Assembly: GCA_965230295.1 (NCBI GenBank)
Contig: OZ246001.1
Location: 3,488,001 to 3,552,000 of the forward strand
Length of the DNA stretch: 64,000 nt
DNA from: Marinicella sp.
GTDB taxonomy: Bacteria > Pseudomonadota > Gammaproteobacteria > Xanthomonadales > Marinicellaceae
Direction of reading: 5' to 3'
Shown: one piece after another, positions 49,546-60,500 of the stretch
How positions within the stretch are numbered: position 1 is the stretch's first letter
Layout: the number at the start of each line of letters is the position of its first letter
The notes under the pieces: generated by a model
Databases searched by the model: none
The model's input: the letters and a program-made list of their open reading frames with translations, nothing else
Told to the model about the DNA's origin: nothing
Position numbers and translations under genes: made by a program

Positions 49546-50137
49546 ATTTCATGGGTTTAAAGTTTTTAACGTTGAGTTTCACATTACTTTTTTGATCAGC
49601 TTCTGACTCCAGGGCCTCACATGGGTGTAAAGATTCGAGGCATCTTTGGGTAAGGTGTTGATAAATTCCTGTGCCAACAGTTTTCCATTTGATTTGTTGA
49701 TCAGAGGCTTGTTTCTTTACAGTGGCTGGGGAACCGGCAATGACAGAACGGGCAGGGGCTTCGAAATTGGGTTTGATGTAACTCAAAGCGGCAACCATAC
49801 ATTCTTTGCCGAGTTTAACGTTGTCCATCACCACTGTTTGGATGCCCACCATACAGTTCTCGCCAATGTCACAGCCATGTAATACGGCACCATGACTGAT
49901 GTGTCCATCTTTTCTGACCCGCGTTTCACCACCCGGGAAACAGTGTGCAATACAGCCATCTTGAAAGTTGACGCCATCTTCTAAAACGATTTTGCCAAAA
50001 TCACCACGCAAGCTGGCATGTGGGCCGATGTAGCAGTTTTTACCAATCACCACATGGCCAATCACAGAGGCAGTGGGGTGAACAAAACTACTGGGATCAA
50101 CCACTGGGCGTACCCCGTCTATTTCATAAAAGCTCAT
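49544..50137 (-). CDS. paaY: PaaY/CaiE-like hexapeptide-repeat (gamma-carbonic anhydrase family) protein
   Basis: YEIDG..PVV....FVHP.A..IG.V......IGP.ASLRGDFG; WK..GT..YQ.L..RC. Confidence 0.7.
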   Translation of the reverse strand: MSFYEIDGVRPVVDPSSFVHPTASVIGHVVIGKNCYIGPHASLRGDFGKIVLEDGVNFQDGCIAHCFPGGETRVRKDGHISHGAVLHGCDIGENCMVGIQTVVMDNVKLGKECMVAALSYIKPNFEAPARSVIAGSPATVKKQASDQQIKWKTVGTGIYQHLTQRCLESLHPCEALESEADQKSNVKLNVKNFKPMK

Positions 50138-50271
50138 TGAAATGTATGCCGATTAAGAGTCAGTCATTTTACAACAACCCAACAACACAAAGTAATGGCA
50201 GTGTTCGGTAAATTAATGAATTTCATGATATGGGTTTACTGCGCGTAATCAGAATAGATATTTATACTGGC

Positions 50272-50300
50272 TTGTAAAAAGCTCCGCAAAAAATTACACT
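50272..50300 (+). promoter_or_regulatory. Candidate sigma70 promoter for the YfcC-family gene
   Basis: TTGTAA-17 nt-TACACT. Confidence 0.5.
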
Positions 50301-50395
50301 GTTTGCTCAAAGGAGAACGGGGGATCTGTTCGACCAATGCGCCAGGTCGTAAACCGGGTTAGGACCAAATTTTATTAACTGAACCAGTATCTAAA

Positions 50396-51796
50396 ATGAA
50401 AAAAGAATTCAAAGTACCACACACACTGATTTTATTGTTGGGCATGATGTTGATTGCCTATGTGGCCACGTGGATCGTACCACAGGGCTTTTTTGAGACC
50501 GTTACTTTGGAAAACGGTCGTGATGCTGTCGTGGCTGGCACCTATGAGGTTTCAGAAAGCCAGAAGCGATTGTCTTTGTTTGAGTTTTTGGTGGCGATCC
50601 CCAGGGCTTTCGCAGCAGCACAGGACATCATCTTCTTTGTATTTATCATCGGGGGTGTGTTGGCCATTGCTCGTTCAACAGGTACCATCGATGCGCTCAT
50701 TGGTCGCATGTTAGATCGGTTTGGTGACAAACCCCATATGCTGATATTTATGGTTATATTTGTGTTTGGCATGGCCTCTGGAGCGATTGGAACCGCCGGA
50801 GAATACATACCCTTTGTGCTCATTTTGGTGGGGCTGTGTAAGGCCATGCGGCTCGATGCGATGACAGCAGTGGGCATGGTGGTGACTGGCTATGGGATTG
50901 GCTATGGTGTGTCTGCATTCAACCCATTCACTGTGATGGTGGCACAACAAATCGCTGATGTGCCTTTGTATTCAGGTTTGTGGCTGCGACTGGCTATATT
51001 TGTACCTTTTGTGTTGATTGGTTTCCACCACGTTTGGAAATACGCCAAAACGGTGCAGGCTGATCCATCAAAATCCTACGTACACGGTTTGGCTTGTCCT
51101 CTTGAAGACCAAGAACAGCATGATTACCCGCAGTTAAACAACCGCCATCGTTTGATTTTATTTGGCTTGGTGGCCACCATTGTGGTTTCGGTATGGGGCA
51201 TTTCTGAAAAAGGCTGGTATCTGTATGAATTGGGTGCCATGTTCATCATCTGGGGTGTCTTTGCCGCTGTGGTCGGAAAGCTCAACGCCGATGTAGCAGC
51301 CAATAAATTTGTCGAAGGGGTGCAGGAATTGGCCACCACAGCCATTTTAATCGGGGTGGCTCGTGGTATTGCATTGATCATGGAGGACGGTCAGATACTG
51401 CATACGCTGGTGCATGCCATGTCAATGCCATTGTCCTATTTAGGTGCTGAATTGGCCGCTGTGGGCATGTTCATCATGCAATCCATACTGAACTTATTCA
51501 TTCCATCTGGCAGTGGTCAAGCCTATGTGACCATGCCCTTGATGGCACCGGTGGGGGACATCATTGGTGTTAACCGCCAAATTTCAGTCCTGGCTTATCA
51601 GTTTGGTGACGGATTTTCCAATATGATCATCCCCACCAATGCGGTGTTGATGGGCATCATTGGTATGGCAGGGGTACCATACAACAAGTGGTTTAAGTTT
51701 TGCTTACCACTGATCCTGAAATTGATGGCTGCTGCTGCCATTGTGTTGGTACTGGCCGTGGTGTTTGATTATGGGGCAGGGGTGCAGCCGATTTAA
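50396..51796 (+). CDS. YfcC family (C4-dicarboxylate anaerobic carrier-like) transporter
   Basis: K.PHT, NPFTV..AQ.IA, IPSGSGQA..TMP.M.P..D, AYQFGDG..N. Confidence 0.9.
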   Translation: MKKEFKVPHTLILLLGMMLIAYVATWIVPQGFFETVTLENGRDAVVAGTYEVSESQKRLSLFEFLVAIPRAFAAAQDIIFFVFIIGGVLAIARSTGTIDALIGRMLDRFGDKPHMLIFMVIFVFGMASGAIGTAGEYIPFVLILVGLCKAMRLDAMTAVGMVVTGYGIGYGVSAFNPFTVMVAQQIADVPLYSGLWLRLAIFVPFVLIGFHHVWKYAKTVQADPSKSYVHGLACPLEDQEQHDYPQLNNRHRLILFGLVATIVVSVWGISEKGWYLYELGAMFIIWGVFAAVVGKLNADVAANKFVEGVQELATTAILIGVARGIALIMEDGQILHTLVHAMSMPLSYLGAELAAVGMFIMQSILNLFIPSGSGQAYVTMPLMAPVGDIIGVNRQISVLAYQFGDGFSNMIIPTNAVLMGIIGMAGVPYNKWFKFCLPLILKLMAAAAIVLVLAVVFDYGAGVQPI

Positions 51797-51808
51797 AAAA
51801 CCTTGTTT

Positions 51809-51929
51809 GTCATTCTGAGGGAGCCAAAGACGATTCGAAGAATCTCCGTCTATTCAGGCGATGATTAGTTTAAAGAAAAACCGAGAATTGGGAGGTCCTT
51901 CGATTCCACTGCGCTGCACTCAGGATGAC
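51809..51929. repeat. REP/RPE-like palindromic element
   Basis: gtcattctgag...ctcaggatgac outer arms and tcgaagaatctcc...ggaggtccttcga inner arms, between convergent genes. Confidence 0.8.
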
Positions 51930-51943
51930 GTTAAGGGTTTTAA

Positions 51944-54900
51944 TCAATCTTCCAAATTCGGCCGCAATGTTTTCTTGGCTTGTTCGATCGTAACGCCTTT
52001 GCGCTGTGCGTAATCTTCAAGCTGTTCTTGGTTGATTTTACCAACTACGAAATACTGTGAGTCCGGATGTGTATAGTAAAACCCGCTGACAGAAGAAGCT
52101 GGGTACATGGTCAACCCTTCAGTGAGTTCAATTCCGGTGTTGTTTTTGACATCCAACAATTTAAACAGCAGTTCTTTTTGGGTGTGGTCAGGGCAGGCCG
52201 GATAACCAGGTGCTGGTCGGATGCCTTGGTATTTTTCGTTGATCAAGGCCTCGTTGTCCAAAGTTTCAGTTTTGGCATAACCCCAATAATCAGTCCTGAC
52301 TTGTTGATGTAAATATTCAGCATAGGCTTCAGCCAGTCGATCAGCCAAAGCTTTGAGCATGATGCTGTTGTAGTCATCGTTGTTGGCTTCGAATCGAGCC
52401 ACATGGGGCTCAATACCCAATCCTGTGGTCACAGCGAAAGCGCCAATATGATCATTCAAATTGGCACCTTTGGGAGCAATGAAATCACTCAAGCACAGGT
52501 TGGCTTTGGGCTTGTTCGCTTGTTGTCTCAGGTTCAGCAGCCGATGATCTTCTGACTCGTGTTGAATGATCACATCATCACCGTCACTGTAAGCAGGGAA
52601 AAAGCCAAACACGGCTTTACACTGCAACCAATCTTCAGCAACGATCTGCTCTAACATAGTGGTGGCGTCCCGGTACAACTCACTGGCACTTTCACCAACC
52701 ACTTCATCAGTCAGTATGGCTGGAAAACGGCCGTGTAATTCCCAGGTCTGAAAGAACGGTGTCCAGTCAATATAATCACGCAAGGTGCTCAACGGTGTGT
52801 CTTCCAGGATTTTGATCCCGGTAAACTGTGGCTGGACCGGTAGGAATGAAGACCAGTCGAGTTGTAAGGCATTGTTCCTGGCTTGCTGTAAGCTTATCAG
52901 GTTCTTGGCACCGCTGCGGTTTTTCCGGCGCTCACGAATTTCGTGGTATTCATTTTGAATGCCTTTACAAAAGTCCAGTTGATCTTTTTCAGACAGCAGC
53001 TGTTGTACCACGCCCACGGCGCGCGAGGCGTCTTTGACCCATACAGTGGCATGATCGTATTCAGGTTCGATCTTTAAGGCAGTGTGGGTTCTTGAAGTGG
53101 TGGCGCCACCGATCAACAAGGGCAGGTTCATGCCTTTGGTTTTCATCAGTTCTGCCACATAGCACATTTCATCCAGAGACGGTGTGATCAAGCCAGACAA
53201 CCCAATGATGTCAGCCTGGTTGTCATTGGCGGCTTTCAAAATTTGCTCTGCCGGCACCATCACGCCCAAATCTATGATTTCATAGTTATTGCAACCCAAA
53301 ACAACACCTACAATGTTTTTACCAATGTCATGTACATCCCCTTTGACGGTGGCCATGATGATTTTGCCTTTGGCCTGTTGCCGGCCTTTTTTGGCTTCAA
53401 TGTGTGGTGTCAACCATGCCACGGCTTTTTTCATGACTCGGGCAGATTTGACCACCTGGGGTAAGAACATTTTGCCGGCACCAAACAAGTCACCCACCAC
53501 ATTCATACCGTCCATCAATGGACCTTCAATCACGTGTAAAGGGTCATTCAGATCGTTCATGGCGGCTTCGGCATCGGTTTCGATGTAATCAATGATGCCA
53601 TGAACCAGGGAATGATTGATGCGTTGGGCCACATCCAAATCACGCCAGGCCAGTTTGTCGGAGTCATCCTGTGCAGAACCTTGCATACCTTGTGCCAATT
53701 CCAGCAATTGTTCGGTCGCATTCGGGTCGCGGTTGAATAACAGGTCTTCTATTTTGTCTTTGATATCTGTCGGGATGTCATCGTATACAGTCAACTGTCC
53801 GGCATTGACAATACCCATGTCCATACCGGCCTTGATCGCATGGTATAAAAACACGGAGTGAATGGCTTCTCTTAATGGGTTGTTCCCACGGAAAGAAAAC
53901 GAAATGTTAGAGACGCCGCCAGAAACCATGGCATGGGGTAAGTTTTGTTTGATCCATCTGGTGGCATCAATGAAATCTTTGCCGTAGTTGTTGTGTTCTT
54001 CAATGCCGGTACCAATGGCAAAAATGTTGGGGTCAAATATGATGTCTTCTGGAGCAAAGCCGATGTCTTGGGTCAAAATATCATAAGAGCGCTGGCATAT
54101 TTCAATTTTACGCTCATAACTGTCTGCCTGACCTGTCTCATCAAATGCCATAACAATGACCGCTGCACCATACTTTTGTGCCAACTTGGCATGTTTGGTG
54201 AATTCCTCTACACCTTCCTTGAGGCTGATGGAATTGACAACGCCTTTGCCTTGGATGCGCTGTAAACCGGCTTCTAAGACTTCCCATTTTGAAGAATCCA
54301 GCATGATGGGTACCCGACCGATGTTGGGTTCAGAACCAATCAAATTGAGGAATGTGATCATCATCTCTTTGGAGTCAATCAGACCTTCATCCATGTTGAT
54401 GTCAATGATTTGGGCACCGTTATCAACCTGTTCTTGTGCGACCTCAAGCGCGGTTAACAAATCATTTTCTTTGATCAATCGTTTGAATTTTAATGAACCG
54501 GTGACATTGGTCCGCTCACCCACATTGATGAAGTTTAATTCAGGGGTGATGGTTAAGGCTTCCAGACCCGATAATCGACAATGGTTGTTCAAGGTTGGGA
54601 CAAGTCGAGCAGGGTACTTACTGGCTAAATCAGCCAGTGCCTTGATGTGTTCAGGCGTGGTGCCACAACAACCACCGATGATGTTGACATGGCCGTGTTC
54701 CAGCATTTTTACCATGATGTCAGCCATGTATTCAGGACTGTGGTCATATTCACCCAATTCATTGGGTAAACCCGCATTGGGGTGGATGCTGACATAACAT
54801 TCACAGATGTCAGACAGTTCTTTGATATATGGAATCAAGTCATCAGCACCTAAGGCGCAATTCAGTCCGATGGCCATCGGTTTAACGTGTCTGATTGAGT

Positions 54901-55603
54901 GATAAAATGCGGCCAGTGTTTGTCCAGATAGGGTGCGTCCACTGGCATCAACAATGGTGCCAGAAATCATGATGGGGATGTCGCTTTGCCTTTGTTCCAG
55001 GACAGTCTGAAGGGCAAACAAAGCAGCTCGAGCGTTCAAGGTATCAAAAATGGTTTCCACCATCAGAACATCGGCGCCACCATCTATCAAGCCCTCAGTG
55101 GCTTCAGTGTAAGCCTTTACCAATTCGTTGAATGTGACGTTGCGGTATTCAGGTCGGTTGATGTCAGGTGAAATGGATGCTGTGCGGTTGGTGGGTCCCA
55201 GTACACCGATGACCCAACGCGGCTTTTCATCCGTACTGTATTTATCACAAGCCTGTTTCGCCAACTGTGCAGATTGCTTGTTGATTTCATAGGTCAGCGA
55301 CTCAGTGGCGTAATCTGCTTGAGCAATGCTGGTTGCATTGAATGTATTTGTTTCAATCAGATCAGTACCTGCAGCTAAATTTTGCTCATGTATGTCTTGA
55401 ATTAATTCAGGTTGAGTCAAAGAAAGGATGTCATTATTTCCTTTCAAATCTTGTGGATGATCTGCCAGTAGCTGTCCACGGTAGTCCTGTTCAGTCAGTT
55501 TCAGTGTTTGGATCATCGTACCCATGGCTGAATCGAGTAACAGAATTCTTTTCTTTATGTGTTGTTCGATAACTTGCCGGGTAGTTTGGGTGCGTGTGGT
55601 CAT
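51944..55603 (-). CDS. metH: Cobalamin-dependent methionine synthase
   Basis: [56 protein letters not shown]. Confidence 0.99.
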   Translation of the reverse strand: MTTRTQTTRQVIEQHIKKRILLLDSAMGTMIQTLKLTEQDYRGQLLADHPQDLKGNNDILSLTQPELIQDIHEQNLAAGTDLIETNTFNATSIAQADYATESLTYEINKQSAQLAKQACDKYSTDEKPRWVIGVLGPTNRTASISPDINRPEYRNVTFNELVKAYTEATEGLIDGGADVLMVETIFDTLNARAALFALQTVLEQRQSDIPIMISGTIVDASGRTLSGQTLAAFYHSIRHVKPMAIGLNCALGADDLIPYIKELSDICECYVSIHPNAGLPNELGEYDHSPEYMADIMVKMLEHGHVNIIGGCCGTTPEHIKALADLASKYPARLVPTLNNHCRLSGLEALTITPELNFINVGERTNVTGSLKFKRLIKENDLLTALEVAQEQVDNGAQIIDINMDEGLIDSKEMMITFLNLIGSEPNIGRVPIMLDSSKWEVLEAGLQRIQGKGVVNSISLKEGVEEFTKHAKLAQKYGAAVIVMAFDETGQADSYERKIEICQRSYDILTQDIGFAPEDIIFDPNIFAIGTGIEEHNNYGKDFIDATRWIKQNLPHAMVSGGVSNISFSFRGNNPLREAIHSVFLYHAIKAGMDMGIVNAGQLTVYDDIPTDIKDKIEDLLFNRDPNATEQLLELAQGMQGSAQDDSDKLAWRDLDVAQRINHSLVHGIIDYIETDAEAAMNDLNDPLHVIEGPLMDGMNVVGDLFGAGKMFLPQVVKSARVMKKAVAWLTPHIEAKKGRQQAKGKIIMATVKGDVHDIGKNIVGVVLGCNNYEIIDLGVMVPAEQILKAANDNQADIIGLSGLITPSLDEMCYVAELMKTKGMNLPLLIGGATTSRTHTALKIEPEYDHATVWVKDASRAVGVVQQLLSEKDQLDFCKGIQNEYHEIRERRKNRSGAKNLISLQQARNNALQLDWSSFLPVQPQFTGIKILEDTPLSTLRDYIDWTPFFQTWELHGRFPAILTDEVVGESASELYRDATTMLEQIVAEDWLQCKAVFGFFPAYSDGDDVIIQHESEDHRLLNLRQQANKPKANLCLSDFIAPKGANLNDHIGAFAVTTGLGIEPHVARFEANNDDYNSIMLKALADRLAEAYAEYLHQQVRTDYWGYAKTETLDNEALINEKYQGIRPAPGYPACPDHTQKELLFKLLDVKNNTGIELTEGLTMYPASSVSGFYYTHPDSQYFVVGKINQEQLEDYAQRKGVTIEQAKKTLRPNLED

Positions 55604-56523
55604 TATTTTTTGGCTTCAACTGTGATGATTTTAAAATGTGGTTTGCGTTGTTCTTGTGAACTGACAGTGGCATTGACCTGAGAAAAACCGGCCGCTTTAC
55701 ACCATGTGGCCAATTGTTCGGTTTCGAAACCTAAATTTTTATGGCCAAAATCAGACATCACAGTTTGGTGTTGGTGTTTATGCAGTGTTGAGATCAATAA
55801 ATGTCCACCAGGTTTACAGACATTGTACGCTTGTTCTATGACCACCTCAGGTTCAGTTGAATAGGTCAGAACATGAAGCATCAAAATACAATCAAAATAA
55901 TTTTTATCAAATGGCAGTTGGTGGATGTCATGCTGAAAGAATTTCACATTAGACAGGTGTTTTAATCTCGCCTTTGCAGCTTCTATGGCTTTGGCATTGT
56001 TATCAACACATGTGTATTCAGCTGTATTTTGCGCCATCAGTTCTGCCAAAACACCATCACCAGACCCTAAATCAAGAACTGTACCTAAATCAATCAGCTT
56101 AGCGATCACCCGTGTGGTGGCTTCCCAAGTTCTGCCCGGTGAATAATGCCTTTCCATGTCTCCTGCCACCGCATCTACCCATTGGTTGGATGCGGCTTGT
56201 TTGTTCATCACCAAAGCCATTTGTTGATTGTCTTGGGTGATCAGCGAATGATTGGCATAGTGTGTTTGGACCATGTCAATCAAACCAGGGTAATTTGAAT
56301 CAATGTTTTCACTGTTCAATCGATAATATGAACTGACGCCTTGTTTACGCACTTGTACCAGTTGGTGTTTCTTTAAATGTGACAAATGCGTTGACACCCT
56401 TGGTTGGGCCAGTCGAGTGATTTCTGCCAATTCCGCAACGGTTAACTCCTGTTGCTGAAGCAGCAGCACCAGACGAATTCTGGATTCATCAGCCAGGGTT
56501 TTAAACAAATCGTTTAAATTCAT
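55603..56523 (-). CDS. ArsR-HTH plus SAM-methyltransferase-domain regulator (SahR-like)
   Basis: LAD.SR.RL...L...[20 protein letters not shown]; [14 protein letters not shown]; LDLGSGDG; stop abuts the metH start. Confidence 0.88.
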   Translation of the reverse strand: MNLNDLFKTLADESRIRLVLLLQQQELTVAELAEITRLAQPRVSTHLSHLKKHQLVQVRKQGVSSYYRLNSENIDSNYPGLIDMVQTHYANHSLITQDNQQMALVMNKQAASNQWVDAVAGDMERHYSPGRTWEATTRVIAKLIDLGTVLDLGSGDGVLAELMAQNTAEYTCVDNNAKAIEAAKARLKHLSNVKFFQHDIHQLPFDKNYFDCILMLHVLTYSTEPEVVIEQAYNVCKPGGHLLISTLHKHQHQTVMSDFGHKNLGFETEQLATWCKAAGFSQVNATVSSQEQRKPHFKIITVEAKK

Positions 56524-56556
56524 TATATCTTTATATCTTGATTGAGAGATATAATG
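56521..56556. promoter_or_regulatory. Candidate autoregulatory operator of the SahR-like gene
   Basis: cattatatct-N16-agatataatg perfect 10-bp inverted repeat overlapping the start codon; second half-site copy ttatatct at 56531. Confidence 0.55.
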
Positions 56557-56657
56557 AATTTTAGATGTTTCTTTACAGAATTCAAGTATTAATCTTTCGT
56601 ATACCAATTTGTTATGTAAGATAAGTAAGAAAATTTAATCAAATACCAGGGTGAAAT

Positions 56658-57269
56658 ATGATCGATTTTTATACATATGGGACAGTCAATGGCAAAGCGG
56701 TGGCCATAGCATTAGAAGCCATGGGTGTTGAATACCAAACCCACGTGATAGATCTGACTCAACATCAGCAAAGAAGTGAAGATTTTTTGAAAATCAACCC
56801 ATCGGGTCGCATTCCGGTGATTGTGGATCATGCCTATGAAACACCTATGGTGGTGACACAAACCGGTGCCATTCTGGTGTACCTGGCTGAGCAAACCGGT
56901 ATGTTTATGGGCGATACTCCACAGCAGAAGGCACAAATCATGTCTTGGTTGTGGTTTCAAATCACAGACATCACCACCAATTTCTTCAATAACTTTTACT
57001 TAAAAAGCCTGGTGAATCCCAAACAGCCTGAAGCTGGAGACTGCTTAAAAACAAGGGCGATGAGTTTTTACCAAGAATTCAATCAACAACTGGCTGAACA
57101 TCCCTTTATAGCAGGCCACGACATGAGTGTGGCTGACATGGCTGCTTATCCAGTGGTGGCGGCTTTGAAAGATCAATTATTAAACAACGACCACCCTCAT
57201 TTGAATCGCTGGTACCAGGACATGTCAATGAATACAGCGGTCATGGTTGGCATGATGGGTGCACAATAA
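56658..57269 (+). CDS. Glutathione S-transferase family protein (YfcG-like)
   Basis: T.NG....I.LE, FLKINP.GRIP.IVD, TGAILVYLAE, S.AD.A.YP. Confidence 0.9.
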   Translation: MIDFYTYGTVNGKAVAIALEAMGVEYQTHVIDLTQHQQRSEDFLKINPSGRIPVIVDHAYETPMVVTQTGAILVYLAEQTGMFMGDTPQQKAQIMSWLWFQITDITTNFFNNFYLKSLVNPKQPEAGDCLKTRAMSFYQEFNQQLAEHPFIAGHDMSVADMAAYPVVAALKDQLLNNDHPHLNRWYQDMSMNTAVMVGMMGAQ

Positions 57270-57512
57270 GCCTACATAACAAGCCCTATGAAATCGGTAA
57301 AAATTACATTATTAAATTAAATATTTTTCAACACTGTATTTCATTGTCCTAAACCGTTAAAATTCTGACTATAGGTGAATGTCCATTTACACGATGAAAA
57401 TGGACCGCTGAAAATGCAATAGACGGGGACAATGAGTGGTGGTGTGCATTCATCATTTGCTGGTATCCGGTTGATATAAAGTAATAAACGATACATAGAT
57501 ACAGAGAATCTG

Positions 57513-60500
57513 ATGCAATCACTACTAACTGCAGAACATAAAAAGTTCATCAAGAATTTTTCTAACCGAGTCAACCAAGCCGATTCAAAATACAAAGACA
57601 GCATCAAACAATTGGCCAAACAATTGTTTACCCACATGTCAATTGATGAATTGAAAAGTCATGAATATGACTATTGGGCACATACCTTAAATGGCATGAT
57701 CAAGAGCATGTCAGCCAGGAGGTTGAAAAACCCCATCATCGAAGTCAAAAACTCTACAGTTGATCCTGACATCACTCATGTGTTGTTGATCAATGACAAC
57801 ATTCCTTTTTTGGTGGATTCTGCCACCATGGCCTGCGCAGAATATGGTTTGGCGATCAAACTGATATCACATCCAATCATCCAAATCAAAGGCGAAGACA
57901 AAAATCGTGTGTTGATTGAAAAACCAAAAAAAGGCCAGACCCAAACCAAATCATTGATTTATATCGAGCTTAAGCGGATAGAGGACAGACAGGAAGCCAA
58001 AGCGCTACAACAATACTTGGCCAGTGTTTTTGAGCAAATCCGAACAGCAGTGAATGATTGGCAACCGATGTTAACAGCCATGGCCCATGCAAAAGAGGCC
58101 TTGGGGTATTTGGGTGATGATAAAGTCAGGGCAGAACAACAAGACTTTATTGATTGGTTGGTCGATGACCACTTCACTTTTTTAGGTTACCGCAAGTACG
58201 AATGTAAAAGAAACCAATTGATCGCCATGCCGGATACCGGTTTAGGGATGTTGAGCCCCAACCTCGATGCCGATGCGAATGATGCCAGTCAACTGTCTGT
58301 GGATGAGTACAAAATTAAAAAACAATCAGATTTGGTGGTCATCACCAAAGTCAATGTCATTTCAAAAATTCACCGCAAAGGTAACCTGGATTACATTGGG
58401 TTTTTAGAAACAGATAAAAATGGCAAAGTGGTTGCCGAACATCGTTTCATCGGTTTATTCACCTCAGTGGCCACCAACACCAATTCGCTGAAAATCCCTT
58501 ACATCAACAGCAAGATCAAAGTACTTATCAAGCAATTTGGCTTTGATGACACCTCCCATTCTGGCAAAATGTTGATGCACATCATCGACACGATGCCGCG
58601 TGATGAGGTGTTGCAATCGAACACCAAAGAACTGTTTTCTGCCGTGTACCAGTCTTTGGTGATACAGGAAAAAATCACCACTCAAGTGACCGCCAGACAG
58701 GACAAATTCAATCGGTTTTGTTCATTCATGGTTTATGTGCCTCGTGATTTATTTAACACCAGTAACAGGCACAAAATACAAGCCCTGTTAGCGGCCTCTG
58801 TAGAAGGCGTAGAGGTCGAATACGCAGTGGCCATTGACGAATCACACTATGCGCGGTTGTATGTGGTCATCCGTGACATGAAACATTTCAGCCAAGACAT
58901 CCTTGCTGAAGTGAAAGCAGCCATTATAGAAGTGGTGACCACTTGGGAAGATCGATTGGCTGCGGCCTTGCAAGATCGCCTTGGTCATGAAGAAAGTGTT
59001 CGCCTGATGAGTAAGTTCAGAGGTGCTTTCCCAGTCGCTTATCGTGAAGATGTCAGCCCTTGGGTGTCTTCATTTGATGTCGAAAATGCCGATAAGCTAC
59101 AAAATGGCAATGACATTGAAATGAGTTTGTACCAACCTCGAATTAAACGTTTGGGTGATTTCAGGTTTAAGGTATTCCGTCACCAAAAAACCATACCCTT
59201 AAGTGAAGTGCTGCCCGATTTAGAGAACTTGGGCTTGCATGTGGTGAGTGAACGCCCCTATGAATTAAAAATGTCTGAAGGGCAGTCAATCTGGATACAG
59301 GATTTTGATCTAAATCTGGCTTCGGGTAAAGGGCTGGAATTGGAGCTGGTGAAAACCAGATTTCATGAAGCCTTTGGCAAAGTGGTCAGTGGCGAACTGG
59401 AATCTGATTCACTGAATAAGTTGATTATTTTAGGCGGATTGACGTGGCGACAAATTAACTTACTGAGGGCTTTGGTTAAATATTTACTCCAAACAGGCTT
59501 GCCGTACAGTAAAGAGTACATTGAAAAAGCCATGATTCAACACCCGCATATTTCTCGCTGGTTGATAGAATTATTCACCATCAAGTTTTCACCCAAGTTA
59601 GATGTGGTGGAACCCAAAAAGGTGCGTGAGTATCTGGATCGTTTCAGCCAAAAATTCACCATCCAATGTGATCATTTGAATGTTGAATTGAATGAATACC
59701 AACAATCTTGTGTTGATAAATACATCCGCAGCAGGAAATTCACCCGCGATTCAATGAGTGAAAAGGTCATCAGGGTCATCACTGCATTGCTTGATTCGGT
59801 GAATTCACAAGATGAAGACCGCATCATTCGTCATGTGGTTGACACCATGGGTGCCATGCTTCGAACCAATTATTATCAAACTGATGATCAAGGTGAGTTC
59901 AAGCCGGCCATCAGCATTAAAATTAATTCATCAGCCCTGTCATTTTTACCCAAGCCGGTTCCTTTCAGAGAAATATTTGTTTATTCTCCTCGGGTTGAAG
60001 CCATTCATTTGCGGATGGGTAAAGTGGCTCGCGGTGGCCTGCGCTGGTCAGATCGCTATGAAGATTTCAGAACCGAAGTGTTGGGATTGATGAAAGCCCA
60101 GAATGTTAAAAACTCCATCATCGTCCCAGTGGGATCTAAAGGTGGATTTGTGGTTAAGAAATTGCCCAATGGTTCTCGTGATGAAGTGATGGAAGAAGTG
60201 GTCAGTTGCTACAAAACATTTATTGGCAGTATGCTCGACATCACTGACAACATCAAAGGGAAACGCATCATTGCACCCAAAGAAGTGGTCAGACATGATG
60301 AGGACGATCCCTATTTGGTGGTCGCTGCCGATAAAGGTACTGCGACATTTTCAGACATTGCCAATGGCATTTCGGAAGAACGTGGTTTTTGGTTGGGCGA
60401 TGCTTTTGCTTCCGGTGGCTCAGCTGGCTATGACCACAAAGGCATGGGAATCACTGCCAAAGGCGCATGGGAGTCAGTGAAGAGACATTTTCGTGAGTTG

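Noticed and set aside
50311-50370. Glycine or guanidine-III riboswitch call
   Set aside because: Lacks the CCGAAG/CUCAGG glycine core and the ACGA and 3' pseudoknot partner of guanidine-III; kept only as an unknown candidate
54156-54797. 213-aa plus-strand ORF and other antisense ORFs within metH, tyrS and gdhB
   Set aside because: Antisense shadows produced by codon bias in conserved genes
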